DNA of 64,000 bases from Amphiscolops sp. MND2022 (taxonomy: Eukaryota), in the NCBI GenBank assembly GCA_964187785.1, contig OZ076409.1:83454001-83518000 (forward strand), in the 5' to 3' direction. The notes under the pieces were generated by a model. It saw only the letters and a program-made list of their open reading frames with translations, did not search any database and was not told the DNA's origin. Below, in pieces: positions 57,807-64,000 of the stretch (its first letter is position 1; each line of letters starts with the position of its first letter). Both the position numbers and the translations under genes were made by a program.

Positions 57807-60800
57807 TTACATCCAAGGGATACTTACAATATTATTCAAATAACAACGCTTCTCATCAAATGCAGATAAAGAGTTCTTTGTAACCTTTTGAAGAAACATA
57901 TCATGATCTATAGATCTAATTACAAAATTTTCACATTCTCTTTGATAATTACCCCCAAATAAACAGTTATAATATTCTTCAAACTTTATATTCTTACTCT
58001 GTGATTTTGAGATACCTTTTAGTTTGTTAGAACTTTCACTACCACATTTATATGCATACGCTTTACTTCTCAAACAAACAAATTCATCAATCCAAATACT
58101 CCCAGGTGTTTCAATTTTAAATTTACCAAGCACCTTTTTATTTACTTCACTAAATAGCTTATGCTCTCTACCTAAATTGCTGAAATCAAAGAAATCTCTC
58201 AGATTATATAAATCGTTAACAATATCTTTCGTATTAACGCTCAAAACAAAACTATCTGTATTATGGACGATTAAGGGAAAGCCACAATTGAAGTCATGAG
58301 TTTCCGTTTGCAAATCATATACATAATCATTCTTCCTACCTAAATTTACTATCTTATGAACTTTTTCATCACTCATCTTATTGACTTTAACTAGATGAAA
58401 AACATTAAATTTATCATCTCGCATACCTATTGCAGTATTTAATCCTAAAGACTGACATAGATAATTTAAACCAGACATTGTAACTTTATTCTTTTGAGAA
58501 AATGATATAGTTTTCCTCTTTTTATTTCCATCAGCTGCATAAAAGCCAATCAAGAACCACTTTCTATTCTCAAGTGTTTCATTCAAGATGCAGGATGGAA
58601 TCCTTTTTTATCTTTCGTATAAAAATCTTCAAACTCTAAAGCCATCATCTTCTTTCCTGAAGAAATTCTATAGACATGACTCGATTCTCTGATATCATAA
58701 ATTTGAAAATTCTCATTCCAAACTTCATCAGCATATCGCTTTAACTTCTCAATTATTCTGAAATCTAAATTATTCAATGTCCAACAGTACTTCACACCTG
58801 AACTACAGTTGTAAACTCCTGATGTTCCATCTCCTAAAAAGAAGCCTTTAACAAACATTTCCTTCTCCTTTAAAGACATAGCTTCTGTGTTATAAATCTT
58901 ATCAATAATCTCATCAAACGTCACACATAACTGTGCTCCAAATTCAAAATGATTATGTAATAATTCTTCTCCTAAAACCAAATCACGAGGTCTGACTACT
59001 TCTCTAGTCTTATTTAGTAAACTATGATCTTCAGTAACATCAACGATACCATGTTTTGTTCTAATTCTATAGATATCTTTTTCTGTCTTATGCCTTATAA
59101 CCTTCTTAATATCTTTCCAACCTTCACTCGTCCAAATTTGAAGACCATTAATATCACCAAAATCTTTATCACCCCAATCAGAAATAACTTTATCATCTCT
59201 ATACCAATTTTCATCATTAATGATCTCATCAATCCTCAAAATTTTTACGTTCCCATTTTCCTTCAAAATAATTGGTGTATCTCCAGTCACGCTATCCATA
59301 TAATGACAATGTAAATTCTCTTTCCCAAAGTAAGGTTGAAATTTATCATAGTACGTTTCATACATCAATAACTTGCTCAACTCTAACACACTAAATCCAA
59401 GATATATTGGCTTATCCATCAGAACCTCATTCATCTTAAACGTGAAACTATCATATTTCTCATAACACTTATGGATCCCATTAAACGTCAACTTAGATTG
59501 CCACTTCACCATCTTCTCTTCTTCATCTTTTTTAATGAACTCGATCTTAGTTCTATTTCGCACATTCTCCATTGTCTTTCCATAGAACGCATTGTTTAAT
59601 AGTTTGTAAAAATCTTTCTCAAAATCATTTTTCGTCCTATTTCTTTTCTGAGTATTGAAATCAATGTACTTCTCCAACCACTTGCTCTGCTTAAAAGAAA
59701 TTACTTCATGAACTTTCTCAACAATCATACCATGTCTCACATAGAACTTCAACATTCGATAATGTATCAAATATTTTTTCTTGTCAGTCCAATCACATAT
59801 TAACTTTTTACATTTAGCATAACTATCCTGCTTCATTTTTTTCATATACTCAGTAAACTTATCTTGAGGTGAAAACTTATTATCTGGACAGAATGGGAAG
59901 TTCACAGTCTTCTCTCTTATCCCCTCAGGATATTTCAAGTCAACTTCAACAAAATACCCAACCTCACTATCATCAGGTGTATCTAATATATCTTCCAACT
60001 TAACATTACCATCAAATTTTATATCATCATATGGCAAATACTGGCTCATTGCCCACCCATATAGATTATTAGCATCAATATATAAAATCTTTTTGTTTTC
60101 ATCTGATTTAACATATCTATCCCCCATAACAGATGAAATCCCACCTCTAATATTATTCTCTAACATTAAGATCATATCTTTATCTTGAAGTGTTTGCAAA
60201 TTAATCCCAGTATATTTCAATCCACATTCCCAAGTATATCCAGGAAGACTAACACAATATAATGGATTGATTTTAAATTCGTTTAATGATACCTTTATGA
60301 ACTTCTCAAACACATCTGCTAACAAAACAACATCAGTTTTCAAATACAACTCAGTCAACTCCTTTCCAGTTTTAATCTTAAAAGTTTCAATGATTTCATT
60401 TGTTCTCTGAATCTCACTATCTTGAGGATATCCATTTTTCAATCTACTGAAGTAATCCTCTTTTACAAGATCTTTAACTGACAACTGATAATCATCAAGA
60501 GATTTAAAATATTCATATGGGTACGCCAACTTCTTACTCAACAGCTCCCAATTATCAGGAAACTCTCTCTTCAGAATTGTCAACTCATCAACTGTTTTAA
60601 CCAACCCATCTAAACTACTTGATAAAAATCTATATGAATCTATAAATCTAATACAACCATATGAAATTGATATATATTCCTCATTTGTCTTGGGTATGAC
60701 ATGAAGGGGAACATTATCTGATTTTTTATCAATCAATGTTTTAAAGAACAAGTGACAGTCGTAGTTACTGAAGTTGTGAAACACGAATGGTATGAAATTA

Positions 60801-62416
60801 CTCTGTTTCTGTTTCACATTTATATTACACTTTTCATGTGCAGCCCCTCGATACCTACCAGTCAGATGACAATGATCTCTGACAGCTCTCCCATCTAAGG
60901 GAAGTTCACAGAACCAACAATGAGTACTATTCTTAAAATCTTCCTCATCTTCTTGAGTCATCATAATCTCTTTCTTTGTATTCTTAAAATAGAAATTCAT
61001 CTTATTCTCAATCTTTATGACTTCATTAACAAACCATTCAACATTATCCTCTCCAAAGGGCGAGAGATGCCATCCAGACTGTAGAACATTATCCATCTCA
61101 GATACTATGTAAAATCCATTACACATTGGATTTTGTCTGAAAATGTTTGTGGTTTTATTACCTATGTTAGAATATTCTCTTTTATTATTACATTCGAAAT
61201 CACCATAGATCCTGAAATATAGTGGGATCTTATGAAAGTGCTTCTTCCACATTAAATGACTATCCTTGCTAACTCTGATAGCTGTGATATCTTGTTGCTT
61301 ACATCTTTCAGTATGTTTCACCAAAACGTTTTCATTTGTAAAGCAACTTAGACATCGACGACAAACAAATTTTGAATCCCTTTTTCCTAAGAATACATGA
61401 AGTTTTTTAATGAGGGCATAGTGATTTTTATATATCACCAAATCAATCACTGTTTCTGAATTGTTCTCACTAACCTCAATAGGAATCAATTTATGTTTCC
61501 ACTTTTCCCCCTCTTGATAGAACTGTAACTCAAATATGTTAATAGCTAGATTATTCATCTTTTCAAATTTAGAAACATCTGATGTTTTAAAAGGGAATTC
61601 CAATCCATCTGTTTTCAATTCTCTAAAATATTCTCGATAGTTTGAAACTCTATTAGGGTGAGAATTCTCACAAGGATGAAGGTGAGCTAAGATGCTCCAT
61701 AGAAAACAGTACTTATCATTATTTTCAATGTTTAAAATAGCAGCGCTTCTAAGAGGTATTTTAACATAACTGCTACCATTCAGTTCAACAGTTTTATAAA
61801 AGTATATAGTCATCGATGCAATTTTACAGAATCTCCAACCACTAACTTTCATCTCCAGATTTTCAATCAATGCATTTGTTTTTCCTTCTAGATCATACTT
61901 TTCAATATCATTCCAAGTTAAACTCTGATTGACCTCCAAACTAACATACTGTTCTAACTCATCTCGAGTCTCCTTATCGAAAATAACTGAGAAGACAACT
62001 TGATATTTGAATTTATATTGCTCAATTAACCTAGCATATATTGCTGACATTTCTTTGAAGATATTATTCAGATCGAGCAATTCAATAGGGAGATCATATT
62101 TAGGTTTGACAGTTATCTTACTATTTAAGTGTTTGGGGTGGTGTTGATCAAGATTAACATCATATTGAGGTTCATATCTTTTAGAGAAGTAGTATGGATT
62201 TATCATATGTTTTGCCAACTCTTTTTCTGAGAGATTGACTTTAGCTCTCGCTAATTGTTTTAGTGTTGGGACCGATCGCGCCCTTCGTTGTATAGGGTCT
62301 CCCGGTACAACGCCAATATTGTGTAAATGAATTTTAGATTTCTCATGTCTCGAGAAGGATGCTGTGTGAATGTGTTTATCACACACTTCACAATATTTGG
62401 TATTCGTTGTGTTCAT
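57807..62416 (-). CDS. Protein-primed family B DNA polymerase with N-terminal Zn finger, EndoVII-like HNH insert and an intein; one frameshift at 58604-58609
   Basis: Exo I YGDFEC, Exo II FHNFSNYD, Exo III YLKTDV; Pol A YIDANNLYG, Pol B KLLNNAFYGK, Pol C YMD/TDS; KAY and KLKG motifs; CWFC...VRDHCHLTGRYRGAAHEKCN. Confidence 0.95.
58260..59293 (-). mobile_element. Intein with LAGLIDADG homing endonuclease inside PolB motif C
   Basis: Starts Ser (SVTGDTPI), block B VTEDHSL, endonuclease motifs FVKGFFLGDG and FLIGFYAADG, block F YVYDLQT, ends HN followed by Thr. Confidence 0.93.
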
Positions 62417-62448
62417 TTACTATATAAATTTTTATTCAATTGTTTTTT

Positions 62449-62754
62449 CTATTTTTCTATTTTTATAATAATTTCTATATCTCTCCGATTCCGTTTTGGG
62501 GGGATAGGTCGAGCTCGAGGTTGTTGTTGTTCTTCCACTACTGGTAGAACTCTAGGTTCTTGTTGTTCTTCCACTGCTGGTAGAACTCTAGGTTCTTGTT
62601 GTTCTTCCACTGCTAGTAGAACTCTGGGTTTTTGTGGGATTACACCTACATTTTTCTGTAAATGAATTTTAGACTTCAGATGCTTTGCAAACGATGATGT
62701 GTGAACTTGTTTATCACAAGCTTCACAATATTTCCTATGATATGTTTCATCCAT
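62449..62754 (-). CDS. Small Zn-finger protein with three 36-bp repeats (PRVLPAVEEQQE)
   Basis: YCEACDKQVHTSSFAKHLKSKIH, paralogous to the PolB N-terminus; TAAATG start. Confidence 0.6.
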   Translation of the reverse strand: MDETYHRKYCEACDKQVHTSSFAKHLKSKIHLQKNVGVIPQKPRVLLAVEEQQEPRVLPAVEEQQEPRVLPVVEEQQQPRARPIPPKRNRRDIEIIIKIEK

Positions 62755-62785
62755 TTACTATATAAATTTTTATTCGATTGTTTTT

Positions 62786-62941
62786 TCATTTTTCTATTTT
62801 TCTCCGCTTCCGTTTTGGGGGGATATAGTCTTCATCTTCGCTCTCCGAATCATCGATAAAGTCTTCATCTGAACTATGTAGAGATTCATCCTCAGAAACC
62901 TCACTCTCCGAATAGATTGTTTCACTACCACTATCTGTCAT
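62786..62941 (-). CDS. 51-aa acidic peptide with NLS-like tail (below the ORF track cutoff)
   Basis: MTDSGSETIYSESEVSEDESLHSSDEDFIDDSESEDEDYIPPKRKRRKIEK; TAAATG start. Confidence 0.5.
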   Translation of the reverse strand: MTDSGSETIYSESEVSEDESLHSSDEDFIDDSESEDEDYIPPKRKRRKIEK

Positions 62942-63102
62942 TTACTACTGAGAAAATCTCTTTCGTAACATATAACTTTTCACCCTTTATATACATCAAA
63001 GCAGTTGCTATCAAGTCGTAATAATTTATATTTTCATAATACCTAGCCGAGACCAACCACTTCATCATCCTAAGTGCATAATCTCCAGCTTTGTGAATTC
63101 CT

Positions 63103-63468
63103 TCAGATGCAGCGAAGACATTTTTTTTCGAAATCATCAGGCATGTCATCAAACTTGTTTAGGATTTCTTCTAAGATATTTAGTCTCTTCTTTTTAAGAT
63201 ATGTCAGGACAGCTGCGAGAACGTCTATATCATTGGTTTGAACTAATGAATTAACTTCCATACAAATACCAATTATTTTCGGAGTTGCATATGTTAATCT
63301 CCCTTTAAAATTGATATTCTTTTTTCTTTGAACTTTTGTCAATTGATTTTTAGTTTTTATAACATTGAATTCACATACATAACAAGTGAATTCATACTCG
63401 TATTCTAGTAGAGCATTTCTATTACATCTCCTACACATGGTAGGATTTAAAAATTCTTCTTCATCCAT
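63103..63468 (-). CDS. Polinton hypothetical protein with CxxC...CxxC zinc ribbon
   Basis: CRRC...CYVC; TAAATG start overlapping the upstream stop. Confidence 0.55.
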   Translation of the reverse strand: MDEEEFLNPTMCRRCNRNALLEYEYEFTCYVCEFNVIKTKNQLTKVQRKKNINFKGRLTYATPKIIGICMEVNSLVQTNDIDVLAAVLTYLKKKRLNILEEILNKFDDMPDDFEKKCLRCI

Positions 63469-63666
63469 TTATTTCGTTACAATATGAAAAGATCCGTCAT
63501 CTAATTCAATTATATTTGATTTTTTATCTAATTTAACACCATTCATAACTTCATATTTAGATTTCAATGACTTGGGAGGAGATGTTTCTCTCAGAATTTT
63601 ACCATCATTGATAATGTACTTTGGATTATTAACTTCAGTGTAAAATTTATTATTTATGTACTTCAT
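63469..63666 (-). CDS. Polinton hypothetical protein, 65 aa
   Basis: TAAATG start after an AT-rich promoter-like tract. Confidence 0.5.
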   Translation of the reverse strand: MKYINNKFYTEVNNPKYIINDGKILRETSPPKSLKSKYEVMNGVKLDKKSNIIELDDGSFHIVTK

Positions 63667-63757
63667 TTATTATATATTATTTATTTCAAATAAATTTTCA
63701 ATTTTTTAATTACAGATTCGTTTTCATCTAATGTTTTTATATTGATGAATTGATGAA

Positions 63758-64000
63758 TTATAAAAGATCAAAGTGTCTTTGTCCGTCACTACTAATACTT
63801 ATTAACTTGGGTGTTAGTACAAGGGCATAAGCTACATAATCTGCTACACCAAAAGCAGCACTAAATTTAAATTCTAATCTAATAGGTTGAGATGCTATAG
63901 GTGGTTTTTGCTTAGATAGGTCAAATACATAAAAATTGTAACTCGCTCGGAATTTGTGCAAACTGATAAACGGATTGAGTAGATTAGATTCAGAATGTAA
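63758..64000 (-). CDS. C-terminus of a probable double jelly-roll major capsid protein
   Basis: FYVFDLSKQ....SQPIRLEFKF......YVAYALVL resembles Polinton MCP C-termini; the frame is open to the window edge. Confidence 0.65.
   Translation of the reverse strand, partial: LHSESNLLNPFISLHKFRASYNFYVFDLSKQKPPIASQPIRLEFKFSAAFGVADYVAYALVLTPKLISISSDGQRHFDLL

Larger units (their letters stand above)
57518..64000 (-). mobile_element. Polinton/Maverick (adintovirus-like) element, one end; continues beyond the window
   Basis: AGTAGT terminus at 57518, protein-primed PolB, capsid C-terminus, compact intronless ORFs. Confidence 0.9.

Noticed and set aside
57807..58586. Separate gene downstream of PolB
   Set aside because: It is the frameshifted continuation (intein C-half plus PolB C-terminus); the track start is a TTG.
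58260..59293. Hedgehog-type Hint domain or group I intron
   Set aside because: It is a protein-level insertion with LAGLIDADG motifs and an HN|T junction in a polymerase active site, which fits an intein.

Overview
Eukaryotic (metazoan-like), AT-rich, repeat-dominated window. It has two spliced host genes on the - strand: a UBALD1/2-like gene (~29.5-31.7 kb) and the 3' exons of cytoplasmic tyrosyl-tRNA synthetase with its EMAP-II domain (52.7-57.2 kb). Mobile DNA, in order: (1) a Tc1-type DD34E transposase tail; (2) a decayed 7.65-kb Gypsy LTR retrotransposon (853-8502, TSD ACAAG) with a tandemly duplicated integrase; (3) a ~3.06-kb tandem duplication whose second copy is split by a 12.25-kb TIR element (11845-24092, 2-bp TSD, CACTA-like) carrying C-type lectin fragments; (4) two families of Helentron-type non-autonomous repeats; (5) an 18.9-kb Gypsy-type endogenous retrovirus-like element (32760-51657) with apparently identical LTRs, a gB/chuvirus-like envelope, several accessory ORFs and an array of eight covarying three-way-junction units just after the PBS; (6) the end of a Polinton/Maverick (57518 to window end) sitting in a TyrRS intron. 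The most striking observation is that the Polinton's protein-primed DNA polymerase B carries a ~345-aa LAGLIDADG-containing intein inserted in catalytic motif C (YMD|S...HN|TDS). All calls come from reading motifs by eye; no database searches were run.
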